From a virus, in the IMG/VR virus record IMGVR_UViG_3300008110_010375: DNA of 64,000 nucleotides; one strand, written 5' to 3'. Below are positions 37,934 through 46,745 of this stretch, in pieces. The position numbers were made by a program, and so were the translations under genes. Within the stretch, counting starts at the first letter, position 1; each line of letters opens with the position of its first letter. The notes beneath the pieces were generated by a model that was not told the DNA's origin, did not search any database, and was given only the letters and a program-made list of their open reading frames with translations.

Positions 37934-38139
37934 GAGATAAATCCGTATCCGAGAGATACTTCACCAACTACTACACCTCATACGTAAAGTATGACCCTGA
38001 ATTGGATGAATACCACCTAGAGGTCCCATCGACAGCGCTCTTCCACCTAGGTTGGGAGGAGGGCGACGATATTGAATTTGTCATCGACGAACGCACGAAG
38101 AATGTAATTGTATCAAAGAAAGAGAAAAAAGATGTCTAA
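37930..38139 (+). CDS. AbrB/MazE-like small protein
   Basis: LEVP.....LGWEEGD.IEF. Confidence 0.6.
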   Translation: MRDKSVSERYFTNYYTSYVKYDPELDEYHLEVPSTALFHLGWEEGDDIEFVIDERTKNVIVSKKEKKDV

Positions 38140-40060
38140 CTTCCTTCCATCCCTCTACCAAGAGTTCATCTACAAGAGCCGCTACGCCAAGTTCCTCGAC
38201 AAGGAGGGACGCCGCGAGAACTGGGACGAGACCGTCAAGCGCTACTTCGACTACATGCAGGCCCACCTTCTCGACAACAACAAGTACGCTCTTCCGGACG
38301 ATGAAAGGAAGGAGCTTGAGGAAGCGGTGTTGAACCTAGAGATCATGCCGTCGATGCGCGCGCTTATGACCGCGGGTCCGGCCTTAGATCGCGACAACAC
38401 CTGCGCCTACAACTGCTCATACCTCGCGGTCGACGATCCGAAGGCCTTCGACGAGGCGCTTCTCATCCTCATGAACGGCACGGGCGTAGGCTTCTCGGTC
38501 GAGCGTCAGTACGTCAACAAGCTTCCTGAGATCCCTGAGAAGATGTTCGACTCAGACACCAACATCATAGTCAAGGACTCGAAAGAGGGTTGGGCCAAGG
38601 GCTACCGTCAGCTCGTCGCCCTCCTCTACTCCGGCGAAGTTCCTAAGTGGGACTTGTCGTTCCTTCGTCCCGCCGGCGCGCGTCTCAAGACCTTCGGTGG
38701 ACGCTCGTCCGGTCCCGGACCGCTCGACGACTTGTTTAAGTTCACGGTCAAGATGTTCCGTCAAGCCGCCGGTCGCAAGCTCAACTCCCTCGAGTGCCAC
38801 GACATCATGTGTAAGATCGGTGAAGTCGTTGTGGTCGGAGGCGTGCGTCGCTCGGCGATGATCTCACTCTCGAACTTGACCGACGAGCGCATGCGCGGAG
38901 CGAAGAACGGCTCATGGTGGGAGAACAACCCGCAGCGCGCCCTCTCCAACAACTCGGCTGCATACACCGAGAAGCCTGAGATGGGTACGTTCATGCGTGA
39001 GTGGCTCTCGCTCTACGACTCAAAGTCCGGCGAGCGCGGCATCTTCTCCCGCGTGGCTTCGAAGAGTCAGGCGGCGAAGAACGGCCGACGCGACCCGAAC
39101 CACGACTTCGGCACGAACCCATGCTCGGAGATCATCCTTCGTCCCAACCAGTTCTGCAACCTCACCGAGGTCGTGGTTCGCTCGACTGACGATGTGATCA
39201 GCATGTCTAGGAAGGTTCGCCTAGCCGCGCGTCTCGGCACCATCCAGTCGACGCTCACCCGCTTCCCCTACCTTCGCAAGTCGTGGACGACGAACACCGA
39301 GGAGGAGCGCCTGCTCGGCGTCTCACTCACGGGCATCATGGACAGCACGCTGATGAACGGTCGTCAGGGCGAAGACAAGCTTCGCGAGGTCCTCGAGACG
39401 CTTAAGACCGTCGCCGTCGAGGCCAACAAGACACTGGCCGAGGCGATCGGCATACAACAGTCGACCGCCGTCACGTGCGTCAAGCCGTCGGGAACGGTGT
39501 CTCAGCTCGTCGACTCAGCGTCGGGCATCCACGCCCGCCACTCGCAGTACTACATCCGCACAGTTCGCGGAGACAACAAGGATCCGCTCACGAAGCTCAT
39601 GAAGGACATGGGATTCGTCAACGAGCCTGACGTGATGAAGCCCGACTCAACTACCGTGTTCTCATTCCCGCAGAAAGCTCCGTTAGGCGCCGTGCTTCGC
39701 GAGGAGATGTCGGCGATCGACCAGCTCAACATGTGGATGATCTACCAAGAACACTGGTGCGAGCACAAGCCGTCCGTCACGATCTCGGTTCGCGAAGACG
39801 AGTGGATGGAGGTGGGCGCCTTCGTGTATGAGAACTTCGATAAGATCTCCGGCATCTCGTTCCTTCCTCACTCGGACCATGTGTATCGCCAAGCCCCGTA
39901 CCAAGACTTCTCGGAGCGTGAGTACAACCAGCTCGCGGCGCTCATGCCGAAGGAGATCAACTGGTCGGATTTGTCTAAATACGAGCAAGAAGACAACACC
40001 AAAGGTTCACAGACGCTTGCCTGTGCTGCCGATGGATGCGAGATCGTTGATTTGAACTAA
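38132..40060 (+). CDS. nrdJ: class II (B12-dependent) ribonucleotide reductase
   Basis: NPCSEI, KPSGTVSQL, C-terminal C....C. Confidence 0.95.
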   Translation: MSNFLPSLYQEFIYKSRYAKFLDKEGRRENWDETVKRYFDYMQAHLLDNNKYALPDDERKELEEAVLNLEIMPSMRALMTAGPALDRDNTCAYNCSYLAVDDPKAFDEALLILMNGTGVGFSVERQYVNKLPEIPEKMFDSDTNIIVKDSKEGWAKGYRQLVALLYSGEVPKWDLSFLRPAGARLKTFGGRSSGPGPLDDLFKFTVKMFRQAAGRKLNSLECHDIMCKIGEVVVVGGVRRSAMISLSNLTDERMRGAKNGSWWENNPQRALSNNSAAYTEKPEMGTFMREWLSLYDSKSGERGIFSRVASKSQAAKNGRRDPNHDFGTNPCSEIILRPNQFCNLTEVVVRSTDDVISMSRKVRLAARLGTIQSTLTRFPYLRKSWTTNTEEERLLGVSLTGIMDSTLMNGRQGEDKLREVLETLKTVAVEANKTLAEAIGIQQSTAVTCVKPSGTVSQLVDSASGIHARHSQYYIRTVRGDNKDPLTKLMKDMGFVNEPDVMKPDSTTVFSFPQKAPLGAVLREEMSAIDQLNMWMIYQEHWCEHKPSVTISVREDEWMEVGAFVYENFDKISGISFLPHSDHVYRQAPYQDFSEREYNQLAALMPKEINWSDLSKYEQEDNTKGSQTLACAADGCEIVDLN

Positions 40061-40878
40061 TGACTTCTTACGAAAACATGACCATCGTGCAGTACGACCG
40101 TGGAAACATGGGCGAGTTCGTGTGTCTAGCTATGCACAAGAACATATACGGCGAGGACATGTTTACCGAGAAGAGGAAGAACGACCTAGGTTGGTACTTC
40201 ATGAACATAGACGGGGCGTTCGACTGCCTCCTCTACGATTACCACCGACCTAAGGTCGAGTCCGTATACCTTCAGAAGGTGGTGTTTGGATCTTGCGCGT
40301 ATGAGTCGATCCTAGATGGAAACATCGACGAAGCGCGCGAGACCATGCACGCCATGATCAACTACAGGAAGACTTTCCCCAAGACGTCTCCCGATATGAT
40401 CGACATACTGGACATACCGGAACCTGATTTTTCATACGATCCCAATCATAAAGTTTTGACGAGGATCCACAACTTCGACGGGCTTGATCTAGTTCCGGTG
40501 TTTCCTGGAGCTAAGATCGTCAACGTTTACTGCCGTCCTGAGAAGAGGTGGATATTCAAGTTTCTCTACCTATACAAGAAGCACCTCGACTCTACCGACA
40601 GCCTGAAAGATAGGTTCAAAAACGGCGTCGAAGATTTTTGGAACTTCAACTGGGTCAGGAACCTTGAGCCTAAGAAGGGACTGATAAACGTCGACTGCTA
40701 CAACATATTCCTAGGTAAGGTCGGTGGAATCTTCGGTGATGAGTTCACCAATATATTCAGTGAGAACTTCAATAATAACAAATCTATGCTCGATAGATAT
40801 AGTTTAGATTACAAAAGAGACAATGTGACCAGCGACGAGCTTCTGTCAGTGATAAGAAGCATCTACGGCAGCTACTAA
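40060..40878 (+). CDS. GxxGxF-family paralogue 7 (divergent)
   Basis: IVQYDRGNMGEF, TRIHN, VFPGA. Confidence 0.55.
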   Translation: MTSYENMTIVQYDRGNMGEFVCLAMHKNIYGEDMFTEKRKNDLGWYFMNIDGAFDCLLYDYHRPKVESVYLQKVVFGSCAYESILDGNIDEARETMHAMINYRKTFPKTSPDMIDILDIPEPDFSYDPNHKVLTRIHNFDGLDLVPVFPGAKIVNVYCRPEKRWIFKFLYLYKKHLDSTDSLKDRFKNGVEDFWNFNWVRNLEPKKGLINVDCYNIFLGKVGGIFGDEFTNIFSENFNNNKSMLDRYSLDYKRDNVTSDELLSVIRSIYGSY

Positions 40879-40894
40879 TCGAAGGAACCCAGCA

Positions 40895-41164
40895 ATGGAC
40901 ATCAACAACATCGTAACCATCCTTTCTGAGCTCATCAAAGATGAGGCGACGCGAAAAGAGATCTACACGAGGATCCTAGAAGAATCGGACGAATATGACC
41001 TCGAAGACGTTGAGCTTGGGATCGATGACTCCTTCGATGAAGTCTATGAAGACATGGCTGAAGAAGACGAAGAAGAAGAATTTGAAGAGGACGAAGACTA
41101 CGAGGACGACGATGAAGACGACTCGTCTGAGTGGGATGACTTCGGTGATTCGGATAAGGAATGA
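40895..41164 (+). CDS. highly acidic small protein
   Basis: D/E-dominated C-terminal half. Confidence 0.75.
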   Translation: MDINNIVTILSELIKDEATRKEIYTRILEESDEYDLEDVELGIDDSFDEVYEDMAEEDEEEEFEEDEDYEDDDEDDSSEWDDFGDSDKE

Positions 41165-41718
41165 GAATTGTCGGAATTGACTACAGCCTTACTAGCCCTT
41201 GTGTTTCTATCACCGGGACTTCTCGGTTCAGCTTTGCTGGTTGTAGATTTTATTACCTTACTGCGAAAGAAAGACTCTGCCTAGACGTAGGCAACGTTCA
41301 GGGCGACCTACACAGCGAGTACGCCACGAACGAGCAGAGGTACTACCAGATAGCTGATTGGGTATTGACAAAGCTTGAAGAAGGTGATACTGTATACCTT
41401 GAGGGTTACTCGATGGGATCGACCGGAATGGTCTTCAACATCGCTGAGAACGCCGGACTCCTCAAGCACTACCTGTGGAAGCGAGGGTTCGAGTTTCACT
41501 TGGTCCCACCGACCGTGGTGAAGAAGTTCGCGACCGGAAAGGGTAACGCGAACAAGGAGAAGCTCCAGGAAGCCTTCATCGAGGAGACTGGGGTGGACAT
41601 AAAGAAGATGCTGGATATGACTGAGAAGCAGTGGAACCCATCATCGGACATAATAGACGCCTACTACATCTGTAAATATGGACATAATCAGGAGACATCC
41701 AATGTGGAATGCAGTTAA
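41161..41718 (+). CDS. RuvC-like nuclease
   Basis: GIDYSLT, EGY, KK.ATGKGNA.K, DIIDA. Confidence 0.85.
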   Translation: MRIVGIDYSLTSPCVSITGTSRFSFAGCRFYYLTAKERLCLDVGNVQGDLHSEYATNEQRYYQIADWVLTKLEEGDTVYLEGYSMGSTGMVFNIAENAGLLKHYLWKRGFEFHLVPPTVVKKFATGKGNANKEKLQEAFIEETGVDIKKMLDMTEKQWNPSSDIIDAYYICKYGHNQETSNVECS

Positions 41719-41899
41719 GAAGTTCTTTGCGTTCTTCTTCTCAGTGGAAGAAGTCAACAGGGTTGAAGCGAAGATCGATGAAGAAGTAAAGACAGTCAAG
41801 CGCAAGGCGAAAGAGAAGCTCGACGTCAACAAAGACGGCAAAGTCAACGTTGAAGACGTGAAAGAAGTAGTCAAGAAAGCTACACGGAAGAAGAAGTGA
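41702..41899 (+). CDS. small protein with an EF-hand-like motif
   Basis: AGGAG SD; DVNKDGKVNVED. Confidence 0.65.
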   Translation: MWNAVKKFFAFFFSVEEVNRVEAKIDEEVKTVKRKAKEKLDVNKDGKVNVEDVKEVVKKATRKKK

Positions 41900-42105
41900 G
41901 CAAGAGCGGTTTTCAGGTCTTCCTCGACGGCAACCTACCGGTGGTCGTCGGGGAGTGCCCGAAGTGCAAGAACGGGGACAGGGGCATGGTCTTAGTCGAC
42001 TACGTTCACAACCCCGTGAACGAACATCGAAGCACCGTGTACATCAAGTGCATCGCATGCTTCTCAGTCTATCAAACGAACATCAGTGAAGTCGCTGAGG
42101 ATTAA
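41896..42105 (+). CDS. small zinc-ribbon protein
   Basis: CPKC...CIAC. Confidence 0.6.
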   Translation: MSKSGFQVFLDGNLPVVVGECPKCKNGDRGMVLVDYVHNPVNEHRSTVYIKCIACFSVYQTNISEVAED

Positions 42106-42107
42106 AC

Positions 42108-42380
42108 ATGGCAAAGAAAACAAAAAGAAAAGCTTACACCTCGAAGGGCGGGACCCCCAGCATGAAACGCGACACCGTCAAGGCGATGCGTCGCGATAAG
42201 TCTGAAGTTGAGAAGCTCATGAACAAGGTCGAAGTCTGGGCGCGCGGAAAGCGCGTTATGGTGACGATCCCGAACCCAAACAAGAACGAAACCAACAAGC
42301 GCTTCATCCGAGTCGAGGGGATCCACTCAGGTGCCTTCGGACCATGGAAGCGTGAAGACAAGAGACAATCGAATGATTGA
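42108..42380 (+). CDS. basic conserved phage protein
   Basis: TIPNPNK.ETNKRFIRV. Confidence 0.7.
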   Translation: MAKKTKRKAYTSKGGTPSMKRDTVKAMRRDKSEVEKLMNKVEVWARGKRVMVTIPNPNKNETNKRFIRVEGIHSGAFGPWKREDKRQSND

Positions 42381-42621
42381 CGTCTACGGTAGGGAGGGCT
42401 GCAGCTACTGCACGCTTGCCCAGAAGCTTCTCGAGGAGAGAAAGATCCCATACAACTACATTCAGCTTGGCGTCGACATCACCGTCCCTGAGTTTCAGGA
42501 CAAGTTTCCTGGGCAGAAGACGGTGCCCGTAGTCGTGGCGCACGGGATGAAGGTCGGCGGATACACGGACCTAGTCAACTACATCGAAGAAACAAGCGGC
42601 GGACACACAGATGACATCTAA
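42373..42621 (+). CDS. glutaredoxin
   Basis: CSYC, TVP, GGY. Confidence 0.9.
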   Translation: MIDVYGREGCSYCTLAQKLLEERKIPYNYIQLGVDITVPEFQDKFPGQKTVPVVVAHGMKVGGYTDLVNYIEETSGGHTDDI

Positions 42622-42862
42622 GCAAGAGATCATGCAGGCCCTCAACGAGCGGGTCGTGACGGTGAAGTTTAAGAAGGTGAACGGCGAGGAGCGCACCATG
42701 AAGTGCACGCTTCTCAGCTCAATCGTTCCCCAGATCCACAGCGATCCGGCTCGGGTCGAGAGGGAGCGCAGGGAGAATCCAGACGTCGTAGCCGCGTGGG
42801 ACGTCGAGAAGAAGGGATGGCGATCCTTCAGGGTAGACTCAATTCTAGAAATAAATAAATAA
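42611..42862 (+). CDS. SH3/WYL-like T4 conserved protein
   Basis: F.KVNGE.R.M.CTL, WD....WRSF. Confidence 0.75.
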   Translation: MTSKQEIMQALNERVVTVKFKKVNGEERTMKCTLLSSIVPQIHSDPARVERERRENPDVVAAWDVEKKGWRSFRVDSILEINK

Positions 42863-42966
42863 ACATATAAAAATTGACAGTCGGCATGCACCTCGTGTCA
42901 ATATATTGACAACGCAAAAAAAACTTTTTTTGATATATAAAAATAAAACCAAAAAAAGAGAGTGCA

Positions 42967-43305
42967 ATGCCCGACTTCATTTCTACGCCCCTGATGGCGA
43001 AGCTATTATCAGGTCTCGGTGGTTTAATCGGTGGAGCAGCTTTCATGGCTTTCTACAAACCGAGGAACGTTTGGGACGCGGCCATACGCTCAGGATTAAG
43101 CGTGACATCGGCCATAGTGTTTTCTCCGATAATCATCGATCACTATCAGATAACCGACACCATGAACAACCAGATCGCCCTATCGGTCGGCCTAGGTTTC
43201 GTCTCATGGAGCATACTGTCTCTAGTGGCTAGGTTCCTGATAAAGATTCAAGACGAGAAAGTCAACATCAAGCTCCCCAACTTTCTCGAGCAAAACAAAC
43301 AGTAA
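42967..43305 (+). CDS. holin-like membrane protein
   Basis: 3 TM segments, charged C-terminus. Confidence 0.55.
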   Translation: MPDFISTPLMAKLLSGLGGLIGGAAFMAFYKPRNVWDAAIRSGLSVTSAIVFSPIIIDHYQITDTMNNQIALSVGLGFVSWSILSLVARFLIKIQDEKVNIKLPNFLEQNKQ

Positions 43306-43321
43306 AACAGGATTTTTTGTT

Positions 43322-44254
43322 ATGATGGAAGTGAATGAACTCAATAAGAACGCGAGGGGCGGCACGGAGCTGATGCAGGAGCGCCTGCACTCGACCCTGC
43401 CCAAGGACCTCCTCGACAAGTTTCAGATCATCCCGTCGCGGGTTCGCGAGATCGACCCAAGCAAGAAGGCGATCCTCTGGCTTCACGACCTACCAAACGA
43501 TCCCGAGTCCCAGCACCTCAAAGACCCTGAGTCGCGAAAGCGATTCTCAAAGATCGTCGCGGTCTCCAACTGGCAGATGCAGCTCTACAACCTGATCCTC
43601 GGCGTACCGTACGAGGAGTGCGTGGTCATCAGGAACGGCATCACACCGATAGACATCGAGGAGAAAGAATTCGATGGCACTGTGCGGCTCATCTATCACA
43701 CCACACCTCACCGAGGACTTGAGATCCTCGTACCAGTTTTTGAGAAGCTCTGCGAGCGGTATGACAACGTCGTACTGGACGTGTTCTCGAGCTTTAGCAT
43801 ATATGGTTGGAGCCAGCGCGATGCTCCCTATGAACACCTTTTTGAGCGCTGTCGAAATCACCCAAAGATTAACTACCATGGAGCCGTCCCTAATGAGCGC
43901 ATTAGAGAGGAGCTCAAGCGATCTCACGTCTTCGCTTATCCAAGCATTTGGCCCGAAACATCCTGTATCGCTGCTATTGAGGCGATGAGCGCGAAGAACT
44001 TCGTCGTCGCCCCGAACTACGCCGCCCTGCCTGAGACGACCGGCGGCATCTCACCCCTGTATCAATGGAGCGAAACCCCGAACGACCACGCGAACAGGTT
44101 CTATCACGTGCTCGAAGCGGTAGTTGAGACCATCATACAAAAAGGCCCAGACGAGAACCGTCTGGGCTTTCAGAAAGCTTACGCGGACGCAACCTTCAAC
44201 TGGGAAGACAACGTCTCAAAGCATTGGGAGCACCTGCTCAGGCAGCTTGCCTGA
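43322..44254 (+). CDS. GT-B glycosyltransferase
   Basis: PHRGL, YPSIWPETSCI..IEAM. Confidence 0.85.
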   Translation: MMEVNELNKNARGGTELMQERLHSTLPKDLLDKFQIIPSRVREIDPSKKAILWLHDLPNDPESQHLKDPESRKRFSKIVAVSNWQMQLYNLILGVPYEECVVIRNGITPIDIEEKEFDGTVRLIYHTTPHRGLEILVPVFEKLCERYDNVVLDVFSSFSIYGWSQRDAPYEHLFERCRNHPKINYHGAVPNERIREELKRSHVFAYPSIWPETSCIAAIEAMSAKNFVVAPNYAALPETTGGISPLYQWSETPNDHANRFYHVLEAVVETIIQKGPDENRLGFQKAYADATFNWEDNVSKHWEHLLRQLA

Positions 44255-44399
44255 GCCAGTACTTGTGGTACGACACCAGAGTGTCCACTATCTTAGGCTC
44301 AAGCGGACCGTTGCTTACGAGTCCCTCGACGTAGCGGTCGAGATCTAGACTACGAGAGTCACAGAACTCGACCACCAGCGATCCGAGCCTCTCGGGGAT

Positions 44400-44882
44400 T
44401 CAGCCAACCAAGTTGGCGGCGCGCTTAGCGGCAACCGACTTGATGACTTCAAGGTTCTTAGCCTTGATCGCCTGAATGCGGGCGGCGGCCGCCTTGACGT
44501 CGGCAGAAGCTTGAACCTTGCGCTCAGCCTTGGGCTTAGCGACCTTGTCGGCCTTGGCCTTAGCCATCGGAGCGACCGAAGTCACCGCACCGAAGACGCT
44601 ACGGAAGTCAGCAGGCGAAGCCTCGAAGACGGTGTACGACTTGTTGCGCTTAGCGAGCTGGAGGCTAAGCTTGTCGAAGATCGTGGATACGATAGCTTCG
44701 TGCATTTTAGCCGAAGCGCCTGAGCCTACGATAACGCGACCAGACTTGTAGTTGAACTCGATCTTGCCCCAGTTCTGGGTCTTGATGAAGAGGACTGAGT
44801 TGCCCTGCTTCTGGATGTCACCGAGGTCCGAGTTGGACTTGATGAAAGCTGTTGTGTCGAAAGTCACTTTTGAATTAGCCAT
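44400..44882 (-). CDS. early protein with Ala/Lys-rich tail
   Basis: AAGGAG SD and its own promoter. Confidence 0.75.
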   Translation of the reverse strand: MANSKVTFDTTAFIKSNSDLGDIQKQGNSVLFIKTQNWGKIEFNYKSGRVIVGSGASAKMHEAIVSTIFDKLSLQLAKRNKSYTVFEASPADFRSVFGAVTSVAPMAKAKADKVAKPKAERKVQASADVKAAAARIQAIKAKNLEVIKSVAAKRAANLVG

Positions 44883-44912
44883 GATAAACTCCTTTGATTG
44901 GCTTACTTTTAG

Positions 44913-44941
44913 ATACTATAACAACCAGAAAAAATTGTCAA
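44913..44941 (-). promoter_or_regulatory. early sigma70-type promoter
   Basis: TTGACA-17-TAGTAT. Confidence 0.75.
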
Positions 44942-45156
44942 CCATTTTTTTCTAGCAATTTTAAGATATGCTGGAACTCAGATACAGTCTCGCGATAGAT
45001 CGCGGCCTGCAGCTGGTCCACGTCGACCTGTCCCGAGGATACCCCCGGATACTGATCGATCATTTGTTCGAGCGTCTTGATGCGCCCTTGGTAGGTCCCG
45101 ATCCGGTCCATCAGGAACAGTTTCGGGTCGTTTCTTATAAAGTCCGTAGGTGTCAT
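44938..45156 (-). CDS. early hypothetical protein
   Basis: downstream of the minus-strand promoter. Confidence 0.65.
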   Translation of the reverse strand: MTPTDFIRNDPKLFLMDRIGTYQGRIKTLEQMIDQYPGVSSGQVDVDQLQAAIYRETVSEFQHILKLLEKNG

Positions 45157-45170
45157 ATTTCTGTTTCCAT

Positions 45171-45212
45171 TGCCATTATCTAGATCTTATACCGGTCTGG
45201 GGAAAATGTCAA
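45171..45212 (-). promoter_or_regulatory. early promoter with conserved tail
   Basis: TTGACA-17-TAAGAT-CTAGATAATGGCA. Confidence 0.8.
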
Positions 45213-45253
45213 CCAGAAAGTGCACTTTTTTCAAAAAAAAAATTAGTCAATAG

Positions 45254-45344
45254 AATCAATGGGTTATGCCGCGGCCGGAAAAAACCCTTATATTTCAATG
45301 GGTTAGTCCGAAGCCCAGAAAAACCCTTATATCTCAATGGCTTA
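45254..45344 (+). repeat. three IHF-consensus-like direct repeats with a 39-bp period
   Basis: AATCAATGGGTTA 45254, TTTCAATGGGTTA 45293, TCTCAATGGCTTA 45332. Confidence 0.75.
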
Positions 45345-45374
45345 ATTTTTTTTCAAAAAAATGCATTTTTCTGG

Positions 45375-45416
45375 TTGACATTTCCCTAGAACTGTTATAA
45401 GATCTAGATAATGGCA
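45375..45416 (+). promoter_or_regulatory. early promoter with conserved tail
   Basis: TTGACA-17-TAAGAT-CTAGATAATGGCA. Confidence 0.8.
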
Positions 45417-45629
45417 ATAGGGAATAAAGACATGAACGAATACGTATCGAGCTTCGTAGAAGCAATCCTTGAGAACGACACGAATCAAGAACTCAACGCG
45501 GTCGTCGTGGCCACGATAGTTGAGAAGCACCACGTAGGCAACGGGTACTTCTCGTTTGACGGGATCCTTGACGACCTCACGGACATCTTGGGCTACGAGC
45601 CCGCGAGTGAAATTCTTGGAAATTGCTGA
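45411..45629 (+). CDS. early hypothetical protein (start may be the second ATG)
   Basis: follows the promoter. Confidence 0.65.
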   Translation: MAIGNKDMNEYVSSFVEAILENDTNQELNAVVVATIVEKHHVGNGYFSFDGILDDLTDILGYEPASEILGNC

Positions 45630-45638
45630 AAATAACGG

Positions 45639-45680
45639 TTGACATTTCTTTGAAAATAATATAAGATCTAGATAATGGCA
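45639..45680 (+). promoter_or_regulatory. early promoter with conserved tail
   Basis: TTGACA-17-TAAGAT-CTAGATAATGGCA. Confidence 0.8.
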
Positions 45681-45944
45681 ATAGGAAATCAGTCAATGAC
45701 TTATGATCAAGAAATTCAAATGTTCGGTATGACCAAAGAACAGATCAAGAAGGAGTACATCCAAAGCTGGATGTCGTACCACACGGGTATCGAGATGCAG
45801 GTCATCTCCATCCTCTCGGACGCCCAACACCTCATGGAATTTGGTCAAGACGATCGCGCGCGTAAGCTCATGAACGTAGCAAAATACATCCTCTCAGAAC
45901 AACTCGACAGCAAAATCAGCAAAATGCAGAAGAAGGTAGCTTAA
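45675..45944 (+). CDS. early hypothetical protein (start may be the second ATG)
   Basis: follows the promoter. Confidence 0.7.
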   Translation: MAIGNQSMTYDQEIQMFGMTKEQIKKEYIQSWMSYHTGIEMQVISILSDAQHLMEFGQDDRARKLMNVAKYILSEQLDSKISKMQKKVA

Positions 45945-45945
45945 T

Positions 45946-46146
45946 ATGAAGAACTTAGAATTAGCTGAAGCGATGCGCCATGGACTATTCGCCGAGCGCG
46001 CGAACGTAAAGCAGGCGTGGAACGAAGTCTTCGAGATGATCGAGCGCCTTCCATGGGCTCATCAAGCGGGAGCCACCACTTCGATTATGGTGCTCATGAA
46101 TACGATCTCTAAACAGATCATTGAAAACGAAAAGAAAGCTAACTAA
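45946..46146 (+). CDS. hypothetical protein
   Basis: operon packing. Confidence 0.65.
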   Translation: MKNLELAEAMRHGLFAERANVKQAWNEVFEMIERLPWAHQAGATTSIMVLMNTISKQIIENEKKAN

Positions 46147-46287
46147 TATGAATACGTACACCTTCACAAGCAAGAGCCGCAGCTACATTGTTAAGCGACT
46201 CGACTCACTTCGCGCCAGCGGCTGGAAAGTCAAAGCCCAGCACGCTCATCCAGACGGTGGCATCACGACGACTCTGGTGAGGTAATC

Positions 46288-46527
46288 ATGGAGCTCAGCT
46301 ACGAACTGACACTCAAGAACGGTAAGAGGGTAGGCGTCTGGGACGAGCGCGCCAGCGGAGGAATGATCGACAAGTACGTCGGTCCGTTCGCGGACACCGT
46401 AGAAGCCAACGACTACGCCAACGCCTTCACGGAAGCGTACGGCATGGGATACAACGGACGAGCCCGCCTTACAGTCATGAACGACGCAGTCTACGTTGCA
46501 TGCACCCGCTGGACATCTTGCGATTGA
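46288..46527 (+). CDS. hypothetical protein
   Basis: GAGG SD. Confidence 0.65.
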   Translation: MELSYELTLKNGKRVGVWDERASGGMIDKYVGPFADTVEANDYANAFTEAYGMGYNGRARLTVMNDAVYVACTRWTSCD

Positions 46528-46552
46528 CAAATAAATCAAACTATGGTAGTAT
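46524..46552 (+). promoter_or_regulatory. sigma70-type promoter
   Basis: TTGACA-17-TAGTAT. Confidence 0.65.
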
Positions 46553-46745
46553 CGACTATGAAGATCAGGTTAGAATACTTCCCGCCGCTTAGGGACGTCT
46601 ACGGCTCATTCGATGATCGCGATTGGGAAGTCACGGCGGCGGTTTCATACTACGGCAGGCTGGATGAAGACGTCATCCCATCGTCTTCGTTCCAGATCTA
46701 CTGGCCCCTGAACCCTTGGGATGAACTTGAAAAAGTGGAAAAGAA

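Noticed and set aside
38132-40060. Intein or intron in nrdJ
   Set aside because: Length and motifs are continuous
45254-45344. Periodic repeats as a mini-CRISPR array
   Set aside because: The 39-bp period is too short, inter-repeat segments are partly shared, and there are no cas genes
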